DNA of 55,713 nt from assembly GCA_050944155.1 (NCBI GenBank), contig JBMNQN010000006.1, positions 1-55,713 on the forward strand. The letters run 5' to 3'. Below, piece after piece: positions 36,754 to 46,567 of this stretch. The notes beneath the pieces are model-generated. The model did not search any database. It saw only the letters and a list, made by a program, of their open reading frames with translations, and was not told the DNA's origin. Position numbers and translations under genes: made by a program. This stretch comes from Candidatus Methanomethylophilaceae archaeon (GTDB lineage: Archaea > Thermoplasmatota > Thermoplasmata > Methanomassiliicoccales > Methanomethylophilaceae). Position 1 is the first letter of the stretch, and every line of letters begins with the position of its first letter.

Positions 36754-38142
36754 ATGGACGACAGACAATGGCATGCGCTGGTCGACAACATAACTTTGGT
36801 GCAGCGCAACCTTTACAATAACAAAATTCCGGTTCTGATACTTCTGGAAGGATGCAGCGGAAGGGTTCTGGGAAGGGTATCCGGAGACCTGCTGGAAAAA
36901 TTCGAACCCAGAGGTATGAAATACCATCATTTCGACTCCGAGAACCGTTGCGGTCCGAAGGGCAACATCTCTTTTCTTGCAAATACTCCGTCGAAAGGAC
37001 AGATTGCCATATACGACAGAGGATGGTATTCCACCATAGCGGAAAGCCTGGAAGACGCCCACTGCGAAGAAATAGACCGCATGGTTTTCGAAACGAATAC
37101 CTTCGAAAGATATCTCGTGGACAACGGCGTGCTTCTGATCAAACTGTTCCTTTTCGCCGAAGAGGACGAACTGGAGGGTCTTCTGGACGCTTTCGGAGAA
37201 CGCCATAAAAAGAAATCCATTCTGAACGACGACCACATAGACGCGGAAATCTACTGCGGCGAGAGAATGAAGGACGTCATAAGGCGCACGGACACCGACA
37301 TAGCCAAGTGGAACATAATACGCATCGAAGACCCGGAAACCACCTCCTACAACAGCATATATGCGATATGCCAGTCGATGATCGAGTCGGTAAAAAATCC
37401 GGTGTTTTCTCCCATACACTATCAGAACCCCAAATGCGGAAACCCGAGGATATACGCGGATCTGTCTCAGAAGGCCGAGAATTACAAAGACAAAATGGAC
37501 GAGTACTACCGGAAACTCAAAAAACTGCAGGGCGAACTGGCGGTCAGCGACAAAGCCCTGGTGGTGGTTTTCGAGGGATGGGATGCCGCGGGCAAAGGCG
37601 GAAGCATCAAACGTCTGGCACATGCGCTAAATCCCAGAGGTTACACGGCGGTTCCCATAGGCGTTCCGACCGATGAAGACAAAGATCACACATACCTCTG
37701 GAGATTCTGCTCCCATCTTCCCACGGACGGCCGCATAACCATATTCGACCGCAGCTGGTACGGAAGGATGCTGGTGGAACCCATAGAGATGTTCTGTACC
37801 CACGAAGAATATCTCCGTTCGGGAAGGGAGATAAACGGATTCGAACGGTCGATGGTGAATTCCGGAATAATTCTCGTGAAACTATGGATGGAAATAAGCA
37901 AAGCCGAACAGCTGAACAGGTTTAACGACCGGGTCATCAACCCCATGAAAAACTGGAAGATTACGGACGACGACTGGCGGAACAGGGAGAAGTGGGACAT
38001 TTATTCCGAATATGTGGACAGGATGATCGAAACCACCAACACCCCCGACGCTCCCTGGACGGTCGTGGAATCTGAAAACAAAAAATTCGGCCGCCTGAAG
38101 GTTCTGGAAACCGTGATACGGGCGCTGGAAAAGAATCTCTGA
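36754..38142 (+). CDS. Tandem-domain polyphosphate kinase 2 (polyP:AMP phosphotransferase-like)
   Basis: C-domain FEGWDAAGKGG, FDRSWYGR, WKITDDDWRNR; N-domain is a degenerate copy (LEGCSGRVLG, YDRGWY). Confidence 0.88.
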   Translation: MDDRQWHALVDNITLVQRNLYNNKIPVLILLEGCSGRVLGRVSGDLLEKFEPRGMKYHHFDSENRCGPKGNISFLANTPSKGQIAIYDRGWYSTIAESLEDAHCEEIDRMVFETNTFERYLVDNGVLLIKLFLFAEEDELEGLLDAFGERHKKKSILNDDHIDAEIYCGERMKDVIRRTDTDIAKWNIIRIEDPETTSYNSIYAICQSMIESVKNPVFSPIHYQNPKCGNPRIYADLSQKAENYKDKMDEYYRKLKKLQGELAVSDKALVVVFEGWDAAGKGGSIKRLAHALNPRGYTAVPIGVPTDEDKDHTYLWRFCSHLPTDGRITIFDRSWYGRMLVEPIEMFCTHEEYLRSGREINGFERSMVNSGIILVKLWMEISKAEQLNRFNDRVINPMKNWKITDDDWRNREKWDIYSEYVDRMIETTNTPDAPWTVVESENKKFGRLKVLETVIRALEKNL

Positions 38143-38205
38143 ATTCGGCAATCGACGTTTACGGTATTCGACATTCTTAAATAATACTCGGTCGGTGAAG
38201 CCTCG

Positions 38206-38898
38206 ATGGTCAGCGAACTGAGCGAGAAAATCGCCGGCGAAATCGCCATGTCGAACGAACCCGGCAAGACGATCAGAAAGTGGAGAGAGGAGTTCGGACT
38301 CTCCCAGCAGCAGCTTGCCGACGAGATGGAGATTTCCAATTCCGTCATAAGCGACTACGAATCCGGAAGGAGAAAATCCCCCGGAGCGGCTGTCATAAAA
38401 AAGATGGTGGAATCCTTCATCAAACTGGACAGGGAGGCGGGTTCTCCGGTGGCATCCAAATTTCTTCCGGGCGTGAAAACCGAATGCATCATCGCCATGG
38501 AAGAGTTCGAGGGAGGGGTCGGTTACGACGAGTTCACGGAAGCCATTTCCGGACGGAACCTGAACACCGACCGCACCCCGTCCAAAAAGATTTACGGATT
38601 CACCATAGTGGATTCCGTGAAGGCGATTCTCAATCTCGGCTCCGAAGACTATCTGAAAATATACGGATGGAGCATAGAAAGGGCTCTGATTTTTACCAAC
38701 GTGCACTTCGGAAGGTCTCCCATGGTTGCGATAAGGGCACACCCCCTGACTCCCGCCATGGTTGTCTACCAAAGGCCGGAGAAAGTAGATCCTCTGGCCG
38801 TAAAACTGGCAAAACTGGAGAACATACCGTTGGTGGTCAGCGACCTGTCCGTCGAAGACATGGTCAGACGCCTGAATAAAATCAAGGAAGGGAACTGA
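38206..38898 (+). CDS. Archaeal XRE-HTH transcriptional regulator (COG1709-like)
   Basis: IAGEIAMS, SVISDYESGRRKSPG, ALIFTNVHFGRSPMVAIR. Confidence 0.88.
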   Translation: MVSELSEKIAGEIAMSNEPGKTIRKWREEFGLSQQQLADEMEISNSVISDYESGRRKSPGAAVIKKMVESFIKLDREAGSPVASKFLPGVKTECIIAMEEFEGGVGYDEFTEAISGRNLNTDRTPSKKIYGFTIVDSVKAILNLGSEDYLKIYGWSIERALIFTNVHFGRSPMVAIRAHPLTPAMVVYQRPEKVDPLAVKLAKLENIPLVVSDLSVEDMVRRLNKIKEGN

Positions 38899-39951
38899 AT
38901 GGAAGCAGGAATAGTAAGTTACGGCGCGTACGTACCACGCTACAGAATAAAACCCGAAGAAATCGGGAGAGTTTGGGGCGTGAACGGAAAAGCAATGGGA
39001 GCAGGACTGAAAATCGAACAGAAATCGGTTCCGGCTCCCGACGAAGATGTTGTCACCATAGCGTCCGAAGCGGCAAGATACATGATGGCCAGAGTGCCTG
39101 ACGTGGATCCTAACGAAATAGGAGCCGTTTACGTCGGTTCGGAGTCTCATCCGTACGCGGTTAAGCCCACGTCCGGAATAGTCGCCGAAGTGATCAGAGC
39201 CACCCCGGCTCTCACCGCCGCGGACCTCGAATTCGCGTGCAAAGCGGGAACCGCCGGGATACAGATATGCCTGGGTCTCGTCGGTTCCGGAATGATGAAG
39301 TACGGAGTGGCCGTGGGAGCGGACACCTCCCAGGGAGCTCCCGGGGACGCTCTCGAATACTCGGCTTCCGCCGGAGGCGCCGCGTATCTCATAGGAAAAG
39401 ACAAAGTGATAGCGAAAATCAACAAAACGCTGAGCTTCACAACCGACACCCCCGACTTCTGGAGAAGGGAAGGACAGCCCTACCCCATGCACGGAGGAAG
39501 GTTCACGGGAGACCCGGCGTACTTCCGCCATATAATCTCATCGAGCAAGATGCTCTTCGAAGAATGCGGAACCAAACCCGAGGATTACGACTACGCGGTT
39601 TTCCATCAGCCCAACGGAAAGTTCCCCGAGAGAGTGGCTAAAACTCTGGGATTCACCCCCGAACAGATAGAGTACGGTCTCCTGACTCCCCGTATCGGAA
39701 ACACGTACAGCGGAGCGGTGCCCCTGGGTCTCGCCAATGTTTTGGATAAATCAAAACCCGGAGACAGAATATTCGTCACGTCCTACGGTTCCGGCGCGGG
39801 AAGCGATTCTTTCGACATTACCGTAACCGACGAGATGAAAAATTACAGAAGAGAGAACGCGCCGGTGCTGGAGAAAGTCATCTCCGACCCGGTGTACCTG
39901 GATTACGCCCTGTATGCCAAGTTCAAGGGCAAGATAGTTATGCCGGAGTGA
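38899..39951 (+). CDS. Hydroxymethylglutaryl-CoA synthase (archaeal)
   Basis: [11 protein letters not shown] (Glu), EFACKAGT (Cys), FHQPNGKFP (His), SYGSGAGSD. Confidence 0.95.
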   Translation: MEAGIVSYGAYVPRYRIKPEEIGRVWGVNGKAMGAGLKIEQKSVPAPDEDVVTIASEAARYMMARVPDVDPNEIGAVYVGSESHPYAVKPTSGIVAEVIRATPALTAADLEFACKAGTAGIQICLGLVGSGMMKYGVAVGADTSQGAPGDALEYSASAGGAAYLIGKDKVIAKINKTLSFTTDTPDFWRREGQPYPMHGGRFTGDPAYFRHIISSSKMLFEECGTKPEDYDYAVFHQPNGKFPERVAKTLGFTPEQIEYGLLTPRIGNTYSGAVPLGLANVLDKSKPGDRIFVTSYGSGAGSDSFDITVTDEMKNYRRENAPVLEKVISDPVYLDYALYAKFKGKIVMPE

Positions 39952-39955
39952 TAAA

Positions 39956-41119
39956 ATGAGAGAAGTAGCAATCGTAGGAACCGGAATCACCAAATTCGGA
40001 GAACTCTGGGACAAGTCTTTCAGAGCCATAGGCATCGAAGCGGGAATCAAAGCCATCGCCGACGCAGGAATGTCCGGGTCCGAGGTAGACGGCGTTTTCA
40101 TAGGAAACATGTCTTCCCGTTTCATTAACCAGCAGCACATCGACGCTTTGATTGCGGATTATTCGGGAATGGCCACGAAGAACGTTCCCGCAGTGAGGAC
40201 AGAAGCCGGAGGGGCTTCGGGCGGAGTGGCATTCAGACAGGGAGTCATGGCCGTGGCCTCGGGCATGCACGACGTGGTGCTCGTAGGAGGCGCGGAAAAG
40301 ATGACCGATCTGGACGAAATGAGCACCGCATCCGTCATGGACAGCACCGCCGACGCGGAGTGGGAAGCTTCCATGGGTCTGACCCTGGCTTCGCTTTACG
40401 CGATGATAGCCAGACGCGTAATTCACGACGGTATAGCGACAAGAGAAGAGATAGCGTCCATGGCGGTTCTCGGACACGCCCACGGAGCGTTCAATCCCAA
40501 CGCGCAGTACAGAAAACCGATCAAACTCGAGACGGTTCTGAGGTCCGGAGCGGTCGCCGAACCTCTGGGCATGTTTGACTGCGCTCCGTACTCCGACGGA
40601 GCGGCGGCAGTGGTTCTCGTTCCTCTGGAAGAAGCGAAAAAGATGGGCGCGGATTACGTAAAAGTTTCCGCCGTCAGCCAGGCAAGCGACACGCTGGCAC
40701 TGTTCCAGAGAGAAGACATAACTTCGTTTAAGGCGACGTCAGTCGCGGCCGAGAGGGCGTATAAAATCGCGGGAATAAAACCCAAGGACATCAACGTTGC
40801 CGAAGTTCACGACGATTTCACCATCGGAGGAATACTGGCACTTCAGGATCTGGGCTTCTTTAGGAAAGGAGAGGCGGGAAAAGTCGTGCTGGAAGGAAGG
40901 GTCGGACTCGGAAACGACCTCGTGGTAAACACCTCCGGAGGCCTCAAAGCCTGCGGATATCCCGTGGGAGCGTCCGGAGTGGCGCAGGTCGTGGAAATCG
41001 CGGACCAGCTCAGAAACCGTGCCGGAGACAGACAGGTCAAGGACGCAAGATACGGTCTGGCACAGTCGGTGGGCGGAACCGGTTCCGCCGTAACCGTCAG
41101 CATACTGGAGGCGATGTAA
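39956..41119 (+). CDS. Thiolase-fold protein of the HMGCS/thiolase/DUF35 cluster, with substituted catalytic residues
   Basis: TKFGELW, GAEKMTD, SDGAAAVVL, NTSGGLKA; but EAGGASGG, EVHDDFT and GYP occupy the catalytic positions. Confidence 0.9.
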   Translation: MREVAIVGTGITKFGELWDKSFRAIGIEAGIKAIADAGMSGSEVDGVFIGNMSSRFINQQHIDALIADYSGMATKNVPAVRTEAGGASGGVAFRQGVMAVASGMHDVVLVGGAEKMTDLDEMSTASVMDSTADAEWEASMGLTLASLYAMIARRVIHDGIATREEIASMAVLGHAHGAFNPNAQYRKPIKLETVLRSGAVAEPLGMFDCAPYSDGAAAVVLVPLEEAKKMGADYVKVSAVSQASDTLALFQREDITSFKATSVAAERAYKIAGIKPKDINVAEVHDDFTIGGILALQDLGFFRKGEAGKVVLEGRVGLGNDLVVNTSGGLKACGYPVGASGVAQVVEIADQLRNRAGDRQVKDARYGLAQSVGGTGSAVTVSILEAM

Positions 41120-41523
41120 TGGCAACGGTAGCGAAAGAGTGGAGAGAGATACCCGGAAGGTACAACCTGGAAGGTTCCGAATGCGGAAACTGCGGAAGGA
41201 AATATTTCCCCAAGCGCGACATGTGTCCCCACTGCAGAAGAAATGGATTCGGCAAAATGCATCCGTACAAAGTTTCGCCCAAGGGCGAGATTTTCACGTA
41301 TTCCGTTGTGCACGACGCCCCGGAATCCTGCGGAATGCTGAAGCCCTACGCGGTAGCGCTGGTGAAGACGGACGACGGCCTCCTGATTGCGGGACAGGTC
41401 GTGGACGTCAACCCCGAAGACGTGAAAATCGGAATGCCGGTGAGGGCGGTTCTCCGCAAACTCGGGTCGGACGGACCTGCCGGAGTTCTCCATTACGGGT
41501 TCAAATTCGTTCCGGATCTGTGA
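41119..41523 (+). CDS. DUF35 Zn-ribbon/OB-fold scaffold protein
   Basis: CGNCG...CPHC, PYAVALV, IGMPVRAVLRK, YGFKF. Confidence 0.92.
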   Translation: MATVAKEWREIPGRYNLEGSECGNCGRKYFPKRDMCPHCRRNGFGKMHPYKVSPKGEIFTYSVVHDAPESCGMLKPYAVALVKTDDGLLIAGQVVDVNPEDVKIGMPVRAVLRKLGSDGPAGVLHYGFKFVPDL

Positions 41524-41536
41524 AAAGATCCGAACC

Positions 41537-41547
41537 AAACCTTTTCC
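41537..41547 (+). terminator. AAACCTTTTCC 3' motif, copy 3
   Basis: Starts 14 nt after the DUF35 stop codon. Confidence 0.5.
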
Positions 41548-42012
41548 TTAATTTTTCATAACGTCCACGGACGCCACGTGTTCCAGCACAAGCTCCGTGT
41601 ACGGAATTCCGCATTCTTCCAATCCCATGTTGCGTGCGGAAACTTCGTCGCATTCGATAAGCGAGTCGTCGCGAATGGCGTTCAGTTTCTCCGGTATTTT
41701 TCCCTTGAAACCGTTTATGACGAGAATTACAAAGGAATTCTGACCCTCTTTCGGACTCATTTTGGCGATGGCCTTTCCCACCTGTCTGTCCGCCGCCGCA
41801 TAGAGTATCGTTTCCGAGAGAATATTTTTGGAACGGTTCGTTTTTTTCGAAAAGGCTCTTTCCGCGTGGAGATAGGCGGAAACAAGATGGTCCTTTCCGC
41901 ACACGTAATCCGGATCGAAAATCACCGTTTCCATACCTTCGGAGGCGAAACATCTCCCTATTTCTTCGGGAGTTTTTCCGCAGCGTATGCCCATTACGGC
42001 GATTCCGTCCAT
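41548..42012 (-). CDS. cgi121: KEOPS complex subunit Cgi121
   Basis: HLVSAYLHAERAF, NRSKNILSETILYAAADRQVGKAI, ELVLEHVA. Confidence 0.85.
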   Translation of the reverse strand: MDGIAVMGIRCGKTPEEIGRCFASEGMETVIFDPDYVCGKDHLVSAYLHAERAFSKKTNRSKNILSETILYAAADRQVGKAIAKMSPKEGQNSFVILVINGFKGKIPEKLNAIRDDSLIECDEVSARNMGLEECGIPYTELVLEHVASVDVMKN

Positions 42013-42100
42013 AAGTTCCCGATGGACGTCCTCGGAATAAAGTTTATCAAAGACTGCGCGGTACTCCGCCGTAGCGGAATCATTCGGGGACGCGTTTCAG

Positions 42101-43033
42101 ATGAAAAACGAATGGATAAAAGTGGCCGCGCCTGCGACTACGTCTAACATCGGACCGGGGTTCGACACCTTCGGACTTGCACTCAAGGAACCTTATGACA
42201 CCATCGAGGGAAGAATAACCGAATCCGGAATTTCGGTTCTGGAAATCACCGGACCCGGAGCGGACAGCATTCCGAAAGAGCCCGAAAGAAATTCTGTATG
42301 CATAGCCGCCGAAGAAGTCATCAGAAGATCCGGCGAAAAGTTCGGCATTGAGTTCAAAATACACAAAGGCATCAGACCGGGAAGCGGACTCGGTTCGTCC
42401 GGAGCGTCCGCCGCTGGAGGAGCCTACCTGGCGAACATAATGTGCGGAGAAAAACTCAACAAAAGCGAACTGGTTCTCTGCGCGGCCCATGCCGAAGACG
42501 TAACTTCCGGCGGATTCCACGCGGACAACGTGGCTCCGTGCATTATGGGCGGATTCACCGTAATAAGGTCTTACGAGCCTTTCGACGTCATAAAAATCAA
42601 TCCCCCGGAGGATCTGGGATTCGTCGTAACTCTTCCGGAAATTTACGTAGAAACAAAGGAGGCCAGAAAAGTTCTCCCCAAGGAAGTCCCCCTCAAACAT
42701 CTGATATTCCACGCCGGAAACGCCGCAGCCCTGACTTACGGAATGGCCGTGGGGGATCTGAAACTCATAAGCAGGTCCGTTCAGGATCTGATTTCCGAAC
42801 CCAACAGGGCGAAGCTCGTACCGTACCTCAAAGAAGCCGAATCCGCCGCACTCTCCCACGGGGCGCTGGCGGCCTTCCTCGGAGGTTCCGGACCGTGCAT
42901 AATGTCCTTTTTCGACAAGAGTACGCATGACGGAAACGTAATCGCGGAAAGCACGAAACAAATCTACGACGACGCGGGTATCGGGTGCAAAACGTGGGTG
43001 ACCGACTGCGGCGAAGGATGCAGGAGAATCTGA
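42101..43033 (+). CDS. thrB: Homoserine kinase
   Basis: APATTSNIGPGFD, PGSGLGSSGAS, HADNVAP, GGSGP. Confidence 0.94.
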   Translation: MKNEWIKVAAPATTSNIGPGFDTFGLALKEPYDTIEGRITESGISVLEITGPGADSIPKEPERNSVCIAAEEVIRRSGEKFGIEFKIHKGIRPGSGLGSSGASAAGGAYLANIMCGEKLNKSELVLCAAHAEDVTSGGFHADNVAPCIMGGFTVIRSYEPFDVIKINPPEDLGFVVTLPEIYVETKEARKVLPKEVPLKHLIFHAGNAAALTYGMAVGDLKLISRSVQDLISEPNRAKLVPYLKEAESAALSHGALAAFLGGSGPCIMSFFDKSTHDGNVIAESTKQIYDDAGIGCKTWVTDCGEGCRRI

Positions 43034-43034
43034 A

Positions 43035-44252
43035 ATGAGCAATCACAAAGTAATATGCTGGGACTGCGGCGCGGAAGTCGACAATCCCTTTGTAAGTAGA
43101 TGTACGAAGTGCGGAGGTCTCCTTACCGTCAGGATGGATTTGGACAAAGTCCGCGGAATGAAACCTTCGGACCTTCGGAACAGGCCTCTGGGAGTCTGGA
43201 GATACGCGGAATTCATGCCCGTCGACCCCGCTCACAAAGTGTCTATCCAGGAAGGCGGAACCCCCCTGTACAAAACGGATGCGCTTGCGTCCAAAGCAGG
43301 TCTGAAGGAGATGTTCATCAAATTCGAGGGACTCAACCCTACAGGATCTTTCAAAGACCGCGGGATGACCGTAGGAGTTTCCCACGCCAAAGAACTGGGA
43401 GCCGAAGTCGTCGGATGCGCTTCGACCGGAAACACTTCCGCGTCCCTTGCGGCATACGCAGCCAAAGCCGGAATGAAATGCGCCGTTTTCCTCCCCTCGG
43501 GAAAAGTCGCGGCGGGAAAGCTTGCGCAGGCGCTCTTTTACGGAGCAAAAGTTCTCTCCGTCGACGGCAACTTCGACGACGCTCTGGCACTTGCGATAAA
43601 GATGTCCGAGGAGAGGAAAATCTACCTTCTCAATTCCATAAACCCGTACCGTCCGGAGGGTCAGAAATCCGTTCTTTTCGAGATTATGGATCAGCTTGAT
43701 TACGATATTCCGGACAGAATAGTTCTCCCCGTGGGCAACGCCGCCAACATCTGGGCCGTTTACAAAGCGCTCACGGAACTGAAAGAAGTGGGCTGGATCG
43801 ACAGGATGCCCATGCTCACCGGAATACAGGCTGAAGGTGCGTCTCCCGTGGCACGCGCTTTCGGAAAACACAACGAAGATTTCGTACCCGTGGACAACCC
43901 GGAAACCCTGGCCACCGCCATACGCATAGGCAACCCGGTCAGCGGAAGGAAAGCTCTTGCGGCTATATACAACACCGGAGGATATTCCGCAACCGTCACG
44001 GACGACGAAATAGTGAACGCCCAGAAAGCGATAGCCAGAAACGAAGGTGTATTCGTGGAACCCGCTTCCGCCGCGTCCGTCGCCGGAATATTCAAGCTGA
44101 GGGAACAGGGAATAATCGGAAAGGACGAAAGAGTCGTCGCCATATGCACGGGCAACGGTCTCAAAGACCCGGACACCGCCGTGAAATACAGCGAACCCCC
44201 GATTAAGTGCGCCAACTCCGTGGAAGACGCGGAACGCATACTCTCTCAGTGA
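43035..44252 (+). CDS. thrC: Threonine synthase
   Basis: EGLNPTGSFKDRG, CASTGNTSAS, PVGNAAN, EPASA, CTGNGLKD. Confidence 0.95.
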   Translation: MSNHKVICWDCGAEVDNPFVSRCTKCGGLLTVRMDLDKVRGMKPSDLRNRPLGVWRYAEFMPVDPAHKVSIQEGGTPLYKTDALASKAGLKEMFIKFEGLNPTGSFKDRGMTVGVSHAKELGAEVVGCASTGNTSASLAAYAAKAGMKCAVFLPSGKVAAGKLAQALFYGAKVLSVDGNFDDALALAIKMSEERKIYLLNSINPYRPEGQKSVLFEIMDQLDYDIPDRIVLPVGNAANIWAVYKALTELKEVGWIDRMPMLTGIQAEGASPVARAFGKHNEDFVPVDNPETLATAIRIGNPVSGRKALAAIYNTGGYSATVTDDEIVNAQKAIARNEGVFVEPASAASVAGIFKLREQGIIGKDERVVAICTGNGLKDPDTAVKYSEPPIKCANSVEDAERILSQ

Positions 44253-46480
44253 CCGAAATCGGAAAGGTTCAGCTGTTTGGATGTTTTCGGGTCCGACATT
44301 TCGGAGAACATGGCATCCATGTCCTCCTCGTCGGGACCCTCTTCGGGTTCGGGAACGGTACCCGAAGAGCCTCCCGCCTGGGCTTTGAGACTTTTGGCCA
44401 GGGCCGGACCTATGCGGATTATTTCCGCAAGTTCGGTTTCGTCCGCCGACATTATGTCGGACCGTTTTCTGAATCCGCTGTCGTAAAGGATTCTGGCTCT
44501 TGTTCTTCCCACCCCGCGGAAGGAAACCAGATCAATCAGCTCTTCTTTTATTCCGTATTTTATGCGGGTGAGCAGGGGACGTATCGTTCTGATGGCGTCG
44601 GGGTTGAATATGTATGCGATTTCGCTCATGGAGTACATTATCCAGTCCATCATATCCGCTCTGGAACGTATGTCTCCCGGACCTATTCCCAGGGTTTCGG
44701 TCATAACGTCTTCCGGCATCTCGTTGATCCAGTCTTCGGTCATCGCGGCCACTTTGAGAGATCCTCTGAACAGGTCGTAATTGTAGTACTCGTCTTCGAA
44801 GGGGTCGTAAAGCAGACTGCCTTCGCAGTCGTCCTCCAGAGCCGCGAGTCTTGCTTCGTCCGCTTTTTTGGGATACAGTCCCATCACGTCGGGAGTGAGG
44901 GCGGCGGCAAGAAGTATCTGGAACGCGTCCGTGTTTTTATCTATCTTCTTTACGGCGGTTTTCAGTATAACCGCGGATTTGGGGTCTATGTACAGATCGG
45001 ATATCCTTTTTCCGAAGGGAAGTATTCTCACGTTCTCTCCGTTCTTCTCTATCATCTCTTCCCGCGCGAGGAAATCGGTGACGCTTTCCACGACGCCCTC
45101 GATTCCGTAAAGTGCGGAAGTGCTTCCGTAAAACGTCGATTTAAGAAATTCCACGATGCTTCCGTCGCTGTCCGCATCGCCCGTCGCTATAAGACCCAGT
45201 ATGTGTCCTCTGAGAACTTTTTCGTTTCCCAGTTTCGATGTAAGACGTTCTGTGTCTTTCATAATATAGTCGTACATCAGGCGGTCGCTGTCCGCATGGT
45301 TTTTGGCTATCAGAACGGCTTCGCCGTAGGGGTCGTATCCGGGTCTTCCCGCCCGTCCGCACATCTGTTTTATTTCCATGACCGAGACGGGAACGTTTCC
45401 CACGTTGCTTTCGAATCTTCCCGTGTCTCTGACGATGACCCTTCTGGCGGGAAGGTTGATCCCGGCCGCCAGAGTGGGGGTGGCGGTTATGCACTTTATC
45501 TTTCCGGAACGGAAGCCGTCTTCAACGTACTTTCTCTGTCTGAAGGTGAGTCCCGCGTTGTGGAACGCACTTCCCCGGGAAACGCATTCCGCGAGTTTTC
45601 TTCCCAGGGCGGTGGGTTCGGAACCCCCTTCGAGAAGTTTTCTGTCCTGCTCCGACAGAACGGAATCGTAATGATTTTTCATTTTATCGGCGATTCTGGA
45701 AGCCACCGCTTCGGTGGAACGTCTGGAATTGACGAACACCACGCACTGACCTCCCTCGGAAACGGTCTGTTTCACCAGCGCCCATATTTCGTCTTTTTCC
45801 GGAGGGACGTCTCTGATTTTCATGTCGTCGAATTTTATTTCCCCGTCGAAGTACACCCCTTCCCTGAGGGGAACCGGACGCCACGTGTCTTTGACGAGAT
45901 CCGCTCCGATCCACATAGCCAGATCTTCTGCGTTGCTTATGGTGGCGGAAAGGGCGATGACCTGAAGTCCCGGATTTCTCAGAATGAGTTTCGTAAGAGC
46001 CACTTCCAGGGTGGGACCCCTGTCCGGATCGTGTATCATGTGGATTTCGTCCGCAATCACGAGTCCCACGGAATCTATCCACCTGCTTCCGTGGCGTATC
46101 ATGGAATCCGCTTTTTCGGACGTGGCAACGATTATGTCGGCGTTTTCTATCCCGCTCCCGTCGGAATCAAGGTCTCCCGTGCTCATCGCCACGCTGAATC
46201 CCAGGTGGGCGAATTCTTCCAAATCTTCTTTCTTCTCGGAAGCCAGGGCCTTGAGCGGCACTATGTAAAGCACTCTTTTCTTCTCTTCGAGAACTTTTTT
46301 CAGAGCCGGAATGTATCCTATTATGGATTTTCCGCTGGCTGTGGGAACGGAAACCACAAGGCTCTTTCCTTCAAGTGCCAGAGGCAGAGCTTTTGCCTGC
46401 GGGGGATGCATTTCGACGAAACCCCCGTCCCTGAGAGCATCGGCTACATTGTCGGGAATGTCGAGTTCGTCGAATCTCAT
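44246..46480 (-). CDS. hel308: Hel308/Hjm Ski2-like DNA helicase
   Basis: PTASGKS, PLKALASEK, DEIH, SAT, TPTLAAGINLPARRV, QMCGRAGRP; PIP-like QLNLSDF tail. Confidence 0.92.
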   Translation of the reverse strand: MRFDELDIPDNVADALRDGGFVEMHPPQAKALPLALEGKSLVVSVPTASGKSIIGYIPALKKVLEEKKRVLYIVPLKALASEKKEDLEEFAHLGFSVAMSTGDLDSDGSGIENADIIVATSEKADSMIRHGSRWIDSVGLVIADEIHMIHDPDRGPTLEVALTKLILRNPGLQVIALSATISNAEDLAMWIGADLVKDTWRPVPLREGVYFDGEIKFDDMKIRDVPPEKDEIWALVKQTVSEGGQCVVFVNSRRSTEAVASRIADKMKNHYDSVLSEQDRKLLEGGSEPTALGRKLAECVSRGSAFHNAGLTFRQRKYVEDGFRSGKIKCITATPTLAAGINLPARRVIVRDTGRFESNVGNVPVSVMEIKQMCGRAGRPGYDPYGEAVLIAKNHADSDRLMYDYIMKDTERLTSKLGNEKVLRGHILGLIATGDADSDGSIVEFLKSTFYGSTSALYGIEGVVESVTDFLAREEMIEKNGENVRILPFGKRISDLYIDPKSAVILKTAVKKIDKNTDAFQILLAAALTPDVMGLYPKKADEARLAALEDDCEGSLLYDPFEDEYYNYDLFRGSLKVAAMTEDWINEMPEDVMTETLGIGPGDIRSRADMMDWIMYSMSEIAYIFNPDAIRTIRPLLTRIKYGIKEELIDLVSFRGVGRTRARILYDSGFRKRSDIMSADETELAEIIRIGPALAKSLKAQAGGSSGTVPEPEEGPDEEDMDAMFSEMSDPKTSKQLNLSDFGH

Positions 46481-46567
46481 GGTTCCTCATAAGCGGACAG
46501 ATTATTAACCTGTTCTCCGGGTTCTTCCTCGTAACAGTTTATTATCTGTACGGGATACCCGTCTCCG

